The notes beneath the pieces are model-generated. The model made no database searches and had not been told where the DNA came from. It was given only the letters and a program-made list of their open reading frames with translations. Of a stretch of 64,000 bases of DNA, positions 10,181 to 20,300 are shown one piece after another. Source of the DNA: an uncultured virus (IMG/VR IMGVR_UViG_2663763407_000004) (taxonomy: Duplodnaviria; Heunggongvirae; Uroviricota; Caudoviricetes); IMG/VR virus record IMGVR_UViG_2663763407_000004, positions 1 to 64,000 of that record. The stretch is one strand, 5' to 3'. The position numbers were made by a program, and so were the translations under genes. Within the stretch, counting starts at the first letter, position 1. Every line of letters begins with the position of its first letter.

Positions 10181-10211
10181 ATTTCGATAAAATTTCGATA
10201 AATTTCGATAA
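10181..10211 (+). repeat. 3x ATTTCGATAA direct repeat, integrase arm-type sites
   Basis: Copies at 10181, 10192 and 10202, between the int stop and the att core. Confidence 0.7.
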
Positions 10212-10243
10212 ACCACAAAATTCACCTTTAAAATCAACAGCTT

Positions 10244-10267
10244 AAAAAGAGACCAAATACGATTCCT
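10244..10267 (-). other. att core resembling the 3' end of sdsR (ryeB) sRNA
   Basis: aaaaagagaccaaatacgattcct is the reverse complement of the recalled SdsR terminator end AGGAATCGTATTCGGTCTCTTTTT with 1 mismatch. Confidence 0.6.
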
Positions 10268-10431
10268 AAAGGTGAGAATTCTTAAATTTATCTATATAAA
10301 ACAATAAGATAATCAGAGTCATGACCTTTAGCACACGTTTAACACCGTCTTTAAAAGATCAACATGATCATATACTTATCAGCTATTTCGAAAATTCTCG
10401 GGAAAAGTTCGAGCGCTAAAATGAGGGAAAC

Positions 10432-10644
10432 ATGACATCGACACTATTTATAGCCTGCCTAATATTGGCCGCCTCAATGATCACCATCCACCCTGCTCTC
10501 TGCATTCCATTTGTTATCGCAGCTTACCTGCTGGCCGGTAAAGGTAATATGCATATGGACAGTAATACCAGTATCATCTTAGGTATCATCGTATTTATTC
10601 TGTTATTGGTTTTGTTCGTTATTGTGAATGACGCTATCAAATAA
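10432..10644 (+). CDS. Small membrane protein
   Basis: 70 aa, strongly hydrophobic, GAGG RBS. Confidence 0.55.
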   Translation: MTSTLFIACLILAASMITIHPALCIPFVIAAYLLAGKGNMHMDSNTSIILGIIVFILLLVLFVIVNDAIK

Positions 10645-10883
10645 TTATTGATGCTGCAATATGAATTAATCAGTCCCCAAACCGACAGTCAATGAAGAGC
10701 GTATTTGGTTGCTCTTCATTGGTAACGATTGTCAGATTATAATTTAGGTATATATACCGCTATAGTAGGCTAAGTAAGGCCATGCTTTAGAGTAATCAGG
10801 TATATATTCATTCAGGTCAGACATAAAAATTGATAACCTGAATGATTTTTGGATTTTATTTTAAATAATAATATTAAAACCTT

Positions 10884-12980
10884 TTAACCTTTTAACCTTT
10901 TTCGAGTTTGCATCAATTGCTGCTGCTTAACAGATAGCTCAAGCATTGAGTCAATGCGTTGTTTATCCTTATAATCTACAGGAAACATATAAACATGATG
11001 TATAATCATTTCTTTCAATATCCGTATGCAAACCGGGTTACCCTGAAGTTTACTTACAGCATAGGTAATTGAGTCGATATCCAACCGCCTCTTAAACTGA
11101 AGTTGGATTGCTTGCTTCAGTAAAATCTCAGCAGGGGTAGGCTCTTCACCACCAATTTCATTGTAAATTTCCGATGCTTCTTTCGAGCCAATGGATGATG
11201 CTATTTTTCTTATGACACCATTAATTACTCCATATGTCATATGTAAAAAGAATTTAGTAGCTTCTTTCTTTATTTGTTCATCAGTAAAGTTGGGATTTTC
11301 ACTTAATGTTACTTCAACTAATTTTACAACTTCATGTTTCGCTATATCTGAAAGACAAATGAAATAATTTAAGAATCGTAATCCAGTTTCAGAACCATTC
11401 ACTGTTAAGTTAAGGAGAGTATCTCTTGTCAAGGTAGCATGTCTATTGCGAACGATCTGACCAGCAATTTCCATACCTTTAAAAGTTTTGTTAATTTTTG
11501 CTAAAATATCATTTTCTTCAAACTCACCTAGCTCATTTGCATTATGTTCTATTCTATCGAGTAACTGATGATGATTTTTTCTTTCTTCTCTAACCTCCCT
11601 TTGCTCCATGATTAAGTCAGGGATTTGAGCAATAAATGCACTTAAAAATGTTAGTTGTGTTGTTGATAGCACCGCTGGTTTTTGGTCGGCAAACAGGCAA
11701 GAAAGAGTAGACTTTATTGACTCCAGAACCCATTTATCTTTGGTGTGGTGAGTAACAAAAACCAATATATTTGCATAATCCTCTCTGTGAAGATTGCTCA
11801 ATATTACTTTGGTATTTTCACAAACATTAGTATCTGTTGAATAAGATTCTGCTATTTTTTTTGCAGTAAAAAAGTAGTAAAGATATGGGTATTTGAATTC
11901 TGTTTTACCGTTTTTCAATGTTAGTATGGAATTAGATCTTAACCTTCCGATGACAGTATTTTCATCAACACCAAGATATATTTTTGAATAATGATCAAAA
12001 AATTCGTTTAACTCTCGAGTATTGAGTCCATCTTGATTTAAATGAATAGCCCATGCAAGCTCTGTTAATACGTTTAAATAGCGGTCAACTTCATTTTTAG
12101 GAATGCCTGAGCTATCAAATGCCTGATAAACAAGCTGCTGGTAACAATGACCATGTGATGTCAATTCAAGATTTTGCTGAGTATATGCCTCAAACATTTG
12201 TAATAAAATAAGGACATAGATAGGCTTTGGAGGAACTATATTTTTCCTAATAATAGCATCAAGTCTAGAGTTAAAATCATCACACTCCTCAAAAAGAGTC
12301 TCCTCTGATATTGATTCTTCTACCCCAAGGGAGACCCATTTCTCAACTATTTCAGCTCTCTTCTGATGCCCAAAACCGCGTAGTTCAAACTGCTTATAGT
12401 TGTTAAGTTCTGGAATCTCTGCTGTTATCAAAATAAAGGATGAATTACATGTTATAATAATATAGTTAAATTTTTCTGCTAAAGATGAAAGAAAGAATGC
12501 TCGAAATTTAATGTTTAGGCTAATATGGTCTAAATCATCAATAAGAATAGCTGTTTTACCGCTTATCAGATACTCATCAAATGTCACGTTAGAGTATTGT
12601 TCTTTCAAAGTATCTTCAAAGCATTTGGCCAATTCGGAACTCTTGATGTTTCTCGCATCAAAATAGATAGGTTGTATACCCAACTTAAGGAGTTCTTTAT
12701 ATGTCTGCTTTAGTAAAGTAGTCTTTCCTTGTTGCTCCTCTCCAGAAATTATATATAACCCTTCCTTTTCAAAAACAATATTTGAACTAAAAATCTTTGA
12801 AGATATTATCTTTTCATTTTTATCATAATAATCAAGAGGTTGAATATCACAAGGCACGTAGATATTTGAAAGATGAAGTTTATCTACGCTTCGGTGAGTT
12901 AAGATAACTTCTGTGTCTTCAATCCATGAAAGTATATTCTCGGTTGGCTGTATAGTTTTATCATCAACTACAGTCAGGAG
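10884..12980 (-). CDS. STAND/NACHT-like P-loop NTPase, in -1 frame relative to upstream TIR
   Basis: Walker A SGEEQQGKTT, Walker B ILIDDLD; frame stays open from the A9 tract to the stop; AT-rich. Confidence 0.8.
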   Translation of the reverse strand, partial: LLTVVDDKTIQPTENILSWIEDTEVILTHRSVDKLHLSNIYVPCDIQPLDYYDKNEKIISSKIFSSNIVFEKEGLYIISGEEQQGKTTLLKQTYKELLKLGIQPIYFDARNIKSSELAKCFEDTLKEQYSNVTFDEYLISGKTAILIDDLDHISLNIKFRAFFLSSLAEKFNYIIITCNSSFILITAEIPELNNYKQFELRGFGHQKRAEIVEKWVSLGVEESISEETLFEECDDFNSRLDAIIRKNIVPPKPIYVLILLQMFEAYTQQNLELTSHGHCYQQLVYQAFDSSGIPKNEVDRYLNVLTELAWAIHLNQDGLNTRELNEFFDHYSKIYLGVDENTVIGRLRSNSILTLKNGKTEFKYPYLYYFFTAKKIAESYSTDTNVCENTKVILSNLHREDYANILVFVTHHTKDKWVLESIKSTLSCLFADQKPAVLSTTQLTFLSAFIAQIPDLIMEQREVREERKNHHQLLDRIEHNANELGEFEENDILAKINKTFKGMEIAGQIVRNRHATLTRDTLLNLTVNGSETGLRFLNYFICLSDIAKHEVVKLVEVTLSENPNFTDEQIKKEATKFFLHMTYGVINGVIRKIASSIGSKEASEIYNEIGGEEPTPAEILLKQAIQLQFKRRLDIDSITYAVSKLQGNPVCIRILKEMIIHHVYMFPVDYKDKQRIDSMLELSVKQQQLMQTRKRLKG

Positions 12981-13435
12981 TTTTTTTTTGAGTCATCTAA
13001 GGACGTTATAGCTTTTCTTATCCCCTGAATCACCGTTAGCCATGCTTCATCTTCATCTTCCCATTTTGTGACTGCCAAAGCATCTTTAGGAAGTGCTTGA
13101 AATGAACCAAATGGACTATGAGCCCAGTCCGATGATCTTACAATAACGGGAATCAAAACAGCTTCCCCACGCTCATGCTTTCCAATTGCGGTTTTCACTT
13201 CAATATTTTGACAATATTCTGAAGCAAGAAAGCTAGCCGATATAAGGAATAAAATTATTTCTGCATCCCTAAGATTTTCAGATATTTCATTTTCCCAATT
13301 CTGTCCAGCTACAAGCTTTCTATCATTCCACGTCTCAATTTGACCATTTGTTTTCAATGTTGAAAGATGGTCTTCAAGAGAGTCCTTATGTGTTTCATCT
13401 TTGTGTGAGTAACTAATGAAGATTTTGACGCCCAT
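12974..13435 (-). CDS. TIR domain protein
   Basis: KIFISYSHKD, WNDRKLVAG, LISASFLASEYC..IE motifs. Confidence 0.9.
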   Translation of the reverse strand: MGVKIFISYSHKDETHKDSLEDHLSTLKTNGQIETWNDRKLVAGQNWENEISENLRDAEIILFLISASFLASEYCQNIEVKTAIGKHERGEAVLIPVIVRSSDWAHSPFGSFQALPKDALAVTKWEDEDEAWLTVIQGIRKAITSLDDSKKNS

Positions 13436-13468
13436 TATTGCTCCCTCAGTCCATATAGTTTATTTAAT

Positions 13469-13497
13469 CTTATACTTATAAGCATTTTAGTTTGCAA
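13469..13497 (-). promoter_or_regulatory. Putative sigma70 promoter of TIR locus
   Basis: TTGCAA-17bp-TATAAG. Confidence 0.4.
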
Positions 13498-13498
13498 C

Positions 13499-14154
13499 GG
13501 CTTTGTTGAATAAATCGAACTTTTGGCCGTAGTCAGGATCAGATCACCACACTCCTGATCCTGCAGCGATATCCCGTGGCAAAACAAAAGTTCAAAATCA
13601 CCAACTGGGCTACCTACAACAAGGCGCTCATCAATCGGGGCTCACTGACATTCTGGCTTGATGAGTCGGCCATTCAGGCCTGGTATGACGAGCCCAACAC
13701 GTCTTCACGTGGTCGTCCGCAACGCTATTCTGATCTCGCTATTTCCACCGTACTGATGCTCAAACACGTCTTTCATCTCACACTACGCGCCGCTCAGGGA
13801 TTCATTGATTCCATTTTTACCTTAATGAAGCTCCCGCTCCGTTGTCCAGATTATTCCTGCGTCAGCAGGCGGGCTAAGTCTGTCTGTATCCCTTTCAAAA
13901 ACACCACACGCGGCGAGATTGCCCATCTCGTTATCGATTCCACCGGCTTAAAAGTCTTCGGTGAAGGCGAATGGAAGGTGAAAAGCGCGGTCAGGAAAAG
14001 CGCCGCGTCTGGCAGGAACTGCACCTTGCGGTGGACGCCGGTCCGTGCCTTAAACAAAATGACGCGTGCAGGGATGCCAGAAAGTGTGCGGATTGCTTGA
14101 GTAGGTCAGTGACGGAAGGCGCTTTTATCTAAATCCGATTTATTCAACAAAGCC
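13499..14154 (+). mobile_element. IS5-family (IS903-like) element, internally deleted
   Basis: IRs GGCTTTGTTGAATAAATC at both ends; 9-bp target duplication GTTTGCAAC (13490-13498, 14155-14163); only 656 bp. Confidence 0.92.
13576..14100 (+). pseudogene. Truncated IS903-like transposase
   Basis: MAKQKFKITNWATYNKAL...IDSTGLKVFGEGEW joined directly to the C-terminal ALNKMTRAGMPESVRIA. Confidence 0.85.
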
Positions 14155-14346
14155 GTTTGCAACATCAACCAGTAGTTTCAGTCCACACATTAGTTAATGT
14201 CCGTTACTAGCGCAGGGCCAGCAGTCAGATCTGATTACACCCTGCCGAGGTTACTATTTAGTTTGTAAGTCACCCCTTGACTGTGACAACATTACCCTGC
14301 TTAAAAAGTTAATAAATTAGGGGGTTCGTTCAAACTCCCTTTTAAG

Positions 14347-17300
14347 TCACTTATTAAAATACGGATTCACCCGCTCCACCGCCTGCTGTACCAGTTTATT
14401 TCTGGTTGCCATCAGTCGGTCAATTTTTTCTCTTTTCTGATCCGCTGTGAGTATCCGGTCGCGCCGCATCATTTCAATCTGGGCATTCAGTGCCTTCACT
14501 TGTTTCTGTGTCGCAGTTAGCCCCTGACGCTGCGATAATTTCCCTCTATTTTCCTCTATCAACTCACTGGCATCATCGCCCCGCCCCTGCTTACGGAAGC
14601 TATTAATGGTGCTGTTTATCTGGTTGGCTTCGGTCATCATGCGGTAAAAATCTTCGGTGAACTGGGTAGATTTGGCCGGATCGGAGCCACGGAAGAAGGA
14701 TTTAATCACCGGCATTTCATCCAACCGCATGGCCGGGGTTTCGCCGTAGTCTTTCAGGTTACGCATCAGCAAATTGGTCGCGCCCATCACATAACCACCT
14801 AGGCTGCCGGTGTAGCCCATTACAATATGATCCAGCATCTTCGATGACATATTTGTAGCCTCACCCACTTCGCGCATCAGCAGGCTGGTCTGGTCGTTAT
14901 AACGAGCACCCGCAATCAAATTGCTGTCGGCCATATTCTCAATCGGCCCACCTTTGAAGAAATCATAGTTAACATAAGCCTCGGCAATCGGCATCGCGAC
15001 TTGTGGGATAGGGTTGAATGCCATGGTTTCCATAAAGTTATGCGCCACCAGCTTACCGAATTTAGCCGCGCTATCTTTACCGCCCAGCGCCCGGACAAAT
15101 CGCTCCGGCAAGGTGCCAAACATCAAGCCGATTTCGAACGGTTTGGGGAAACGGATATGCTGATCACCAATCCAGGCATGCCAATAGGTGTCTTTATCCC
15201 AGTCCTGTAGCTCCTCATAACGCTTATCGTCCCAATTCAGCGCCATCAGTGCTAAAGAGGCTGCGGTGATCATGCCGCCGCGTTTCAGTACCTCGCGCGG
15301 GTTCTCTTTGATAGCTCGGCCTAATTTACTCAGCCCCTGCATCCGGGCGTTGAAGAACGGCAGCATATCACTCAGGTTTATCATGATATTACTGGCCCCC
15401 ATCATGCTGAAGTCCATCAAGTCGCGCGACTCAAATGCTGCCTGCGCCTTACTTTTGCCCGATTTAATGGCGGCTTCATAAGTGGCCAGCCGGTTAGCGT
15501 TTTCTGCTGCTTCACTGAGATTTTTGTATTGATGTAACCCCTGCTCGACCTTGCCCATCACCTCTTTGCTGTTGCGGACAATGGACGATTCAAACTCTTG
15601 CATTTGGCTGTCGTTGTAGCCTTTACGCCGCAGCACGCTGCGTATCGTTTTGGCCGTAGACGCGGGATCATAGACATTGGAATAACCCCCGCCGAAAGTC
15701 GCGCCAGCAAACATCATATCCACCAAGCTATCATCGGTGCGTAGGGCTTTTCTAAATCCGGCCCATGAGGCTGTCACTGGCTTAAAGCCATCTTTGTTAA
15801 TGGCCCATGAATGAATCGAGTCACGTAAGAAGTTGCGGATAATAAAATCAGGCATCGATGTGGTACTGACGGTCAGCACCTTTTTCGCCTGACGGGCGGC
15901 TTTCATAAAGATCGAGTTACTGCGCTCAAGGTCAATCATGGTAAAGGCACGATACAGTTCCGGATCATTAACCTGAACCAGCTTTTCCTGCCCATCGATA
16001 AACACCTTCACCACATCTTTGCCGATCCGCTCAAAGTCCATTTTATTCGGTGATTCAATCACCTCCAGCACACCGGTATCCGCAAGATTGACCACTGAGC
16101 GGCGCATCGCCTCGTTTTTCATTGAAGCATCGACCGATTTCGCCACGTAGTTAAACAGGTTTTCGATAGGATCCTTAATGGTCAAATCACTGCCTTTTAA
16201 CTTGCGCACGGTACTGCTCTGGTTAGCAATGCCTTTGCTGGTCCACGGCCCCTTCACCTCGCCATTTTCTGCTTCACGGTAATAAGGCAAGTACCAGGCA
16301 TCCTCCCACTGGGCGCGGCTTTCTGGGTCAATCAATCCCATATCCTGTTGTAGATCGAGAATCGACTTAATAAAGGCATCATATTTTTTCTTCTGACCGT
16401 CGAATAAAGCCTCATTACCCCGGTTAAGGGTTTTCATATAAGCAATTTCGTCGGCATTAAAGTTGTTCTCTTTGCCCTCTTTCATCAGCCGTTCTGAGCG
16501 ATGGCCGGCGATCCATTTAAAGAAGTTTTCCCGATGATTTCCCAGTCCGTCGAGAATGCCCATCAGGGCATCCTCTTTGCCAGTACCGGATTGCCGTTCA
16601 ACTATCCCCTCAGCTTTGTTATAGCGCGGTAAGCCATGCTCTAAGGTGGCGGCGGTAACAGAACCCGCTCCGGCGGCCATCCTCGCCCCAATATAGGCAG
16701 AACTACGGGCATCATTGATACCGGCGGCATCTTCGGCATATTTCAGCGGAGCCATGCCATCAAAGGTTTTGGTATTGAGTTTACGGCCGGTTTCTTTTAG
16801 CCAGGCTTTCAGTTCCGTTTTGTCTTTGCTGGTCACAGTGGCGTAGAAAGATTTAGCTTTATCCAGTCGGGTTAGCTCAACGTTAAAGCCCATCTTGCGG
16901 TTGGTTTCTGTGTCCATTGCTGGGTTGGCGGTACGGGAATAGAGGGCATCAGAGCGAGAGAAAGTATTATCAAACTCCCGCGTTCCCGGTTGTTCGCCGT
17001 CATACATGGCCGTTTTTTTGAAGCGCCCAGCGACAGTACGCAGAATATTGCGTATTTCGGTTGGGGAGATATCACTCTCATTCATGATGCCGATTTTCTT
17101 CAATGAATTTGTCAGCAGAGAAACGAAACGATCCCACATCGCCCCAAGAGCGGTAAGTTCTGATCGCTCCGCCATATGGGCCAAGAATTCATTAGCCTGC
17201 ATTTCAAGGGACTCATTACGGTAGGATTTATCAACCTCCCGCCAGACCGCCTGAATCTCCTTATTTTTACTGTCACGCGTTTGATGTAGCACGCGCATGA

Positions 17301-20300
17301 TACGGTCATATTCCACATCACCAATAACGGAAGCCAGTCCGTGGTGCGCCAAGACCTCATGACGCAATTTCGCCCGAAGCTCGCGGTCAGAAGTGATGTT
17401 ATCCGCGACCACAATCACCCGGCTCAGCTCTGGCTGATAAATGGCATGAACAGTACCGAATTCTTTCGGGATCCCGCTCGGCATCATGGCCGCTGCCTCC
17501 GCCTGAGTTTGCACCACCTTAACTTTGATTTTGGCCGCGCCATTTAACCTGCGTACCCACGCATCTGCGATGATTTGCGCTCGCCCCTGGCGCATTCCCT
17601 GAGCGGGTTTTTCACCCGCAGCGGTGTAGCCGGTATCTGAAATGACATTGCCTTTATCAATGTCAGTCCCCTGACGCGAATAGAAAGCGATACCTTTAGC
17701 GGTGGGTTTGGTTTTCAAGGTTTGGAATAGGTGATCAAATGCCTGACGCACGCCGCCGTTTAATTCAGCTTCTGTTGGATAGGCATAAGTTTCAGGGTTG
17801 GCGTGTTCGTCAGCTTTGCGCAGGTTAACCAGATAGTCGTTCGTGATACCTTTACTCTGGGCTTTATCCAGCAGGTAGCGTTCAAAGGCTCGCGCTGACA
17901 TTTCCAGTTTAGTTGTCCAATATGCTTTACTTCGCCCACTGTCCAGCAACGCAGCGCGTTCCATCATTCCACTATGGGTAACTTTATCGACGGCGCTCTT
18001 AAAGGCGTCATGCACCTCTTGCCTGACCGGATGGATGATTTCTTGCTTTTTGCCGCTGCTAAATTCATAGCGCGGACGTTTACGGTCGGTAATAAATTCG
18101 GATGAATGCTTACCGGATGCCTCGCCATGGACATCATAGGTACCAAAATAGTTATCCAATGCATGGAACCACTCATGTGCCAGTGAGCCTGCGCCATTAC
18201 CTTTGGTGAGATTGATAACCACTTGCCTAGGCTCATAATGGGCTTTGGCCCCGCCCTTACCCCGCGCGCCAAATGCCAGGCCCAATTCGCCATTCAATGA
18301 CAGCGATTTTGGCGGCACATTCAGTAATTCGGCCATATCAACCAACGAGTCATAAGCATCGTTTAATTCAGTTTGGCGGCGTGCTCCTTCAACATAGTTA
18401 CCAAACTGAACACCTCGGAAACCGAAGGCATCACTAAATTGTTCAGGCGTCACATTACCCTTACGACGCTCAATACCGGTACGTGGCTCATTGGTCGCTT
18501 TGCGTTGTTCCTCCCGAGAGACTTTGCGTAATTTATCCAGTTTGGCTTCTATTTCTGCGCGATTCTCTGCCAGATAAGCGCGTGCCTCGTTGGGTGTTTT
18601 GAAGCCCGCTTTAAGCGGCAAAACGCCCATAGCCCCTTTGTAGCCAATAAACACGCTCTTATCTGCTCGCCGGGTATAGATCTCTAACTTAGCCTGTCTA
18701 GGGACTGCTTTCCCTTTATCACTATTGAGCTGAGTCTCGATAAAGGCCTTGGCTTTGGGTAATAGTTCCGCCATGGATCCCGCTGAAATATTTGCTATCA
18801 CTCCCCTTGGCGTGACCAGCTGATACAGTGTTCTCCCACCGGGATAGCTCTTGCCGTCAAAATAGGTGTAATGACCGGAGTGAACTGAGTACTTCGATGC
18901 TTCGGCCATCTGTTCAGGTTTAAACTGTGAGATTAAATCAACAGTATCGGCGGCAGATCGTAAGGAGGACTTACTGCGAAAAATGGTTTTTATATCGTCA
19001 ACACTCGCATGGCTATTGATAATAGAACTCGCTAAATCACGAACACCCTTAACCTGTTCAGCCCACTGATTAAGCTTATAAGGGGAGCCCGGTTTGGTCG
19101 GGATAAACGAGCGCAATGCTGCAAGCAATGCCAGTTTTTCTGGTTCAATGCCATTTTCATGCATTTTGCTGTAATCAGGGTGTGGGAAGAGTTTCGAAAG
19201 AGGCTGTTTCTTAATTTCTTCGATATCATGGTCGGCTTTCAGTGACTCTGCCAATTGGCCCCATTTATGCTTCGCCGCTCCCTTAAGTTCCTCACCAAAA
19301 TCATCAATTTTTGCGTCCCTGTTTTTGGCTTGACCCACTGGCTCAGGTACGGGTAAGCGGACACCGTACCCCTTTCCTACCGGTTCAATCGTGGCACCCG
19401 GCATCCTGCCCCATTTGGAATACTTAGCGACTTTCTCACTGTTGAAGGGTTTGCCGAGATGCAGTCTTAATTCACCGACTTGCTGCTCACCAGACGCCAC
19501 AACGCCCTCATTAGAGGGCGCTGTTTTCGTATTTTCCGTTGTTGGCTCAGGTGGCAATCGCACACCAAAACCATCACCAACCGGTTCAATCACCGCCCCC
19601 GGCATCTTGGCCCATTTCGTGAATCTGGCTACTTTTTCATTGGGGAATGGCTTGCCGTGGTGCAATCTCAACTCGCCTTGTGGAGTTCCTGATTCAATAT
19701 GCCCCTCTTTGGTTGATGCAATACCGCTATCAGTTGATTTTGCAGGTAATCGCACGCCAAAACCGTCGCCTACTGGCTCAATAACAGCACCTGGCATTTT
19801 TGCCCACTTAGTGAATCTGGCCACTTTCTCATTAGGGAATGGCTTACCGTGGTGCAATCTCAACTCGCCAAGAGTTTCACCTTTTGCATAAGCTTCGGTA
19901 CGTGCATCTATAGGGACACCACCAGCACGCTGACGCTGATCGGTAATCGCTGTTTCAGACTGCGCTCCCATCGCCTCAGTAAAGCGGCGCACATCTTTAC
20001 GCTGCCCTCCCTCAAACTGCGGTGCTTTCCCTGACTGAACATCATCAGGATTAACTACAGGTCCATCAGCAAAGATGATGTTTTTATCCGTAATGGCCTG
20101 CGGATCCGTTTGCCCATCGTAGGTATGGGTTTCTCTGACCGCACCTTGCTGCTCTGCCTGCTCCCTCGGCAAATACACTTGCCCACGAGTCTGTTCCCCG
20201 GCTGTGAATTGTGGCGCGGAACCCGCTTGAGGTTCATCACCTTGAATTGGTCCTGGCATTGGGAAACCTTCACCCGGATGAATATTACCGGGAGCTGGCA

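Noticed and set aside
10181..10211. Short direct repeats as a CRISPR array
   Set aside because: 10-bp units with no spacers and no cas genes; context fits integrase arm sites
19351..19869. 126-bp repeats as DGR TR/VR or CRISPR
   Set aside because: In-frame coding repeats with synonymous divergence, not adenine-specific; no reverse transcriptase in the window
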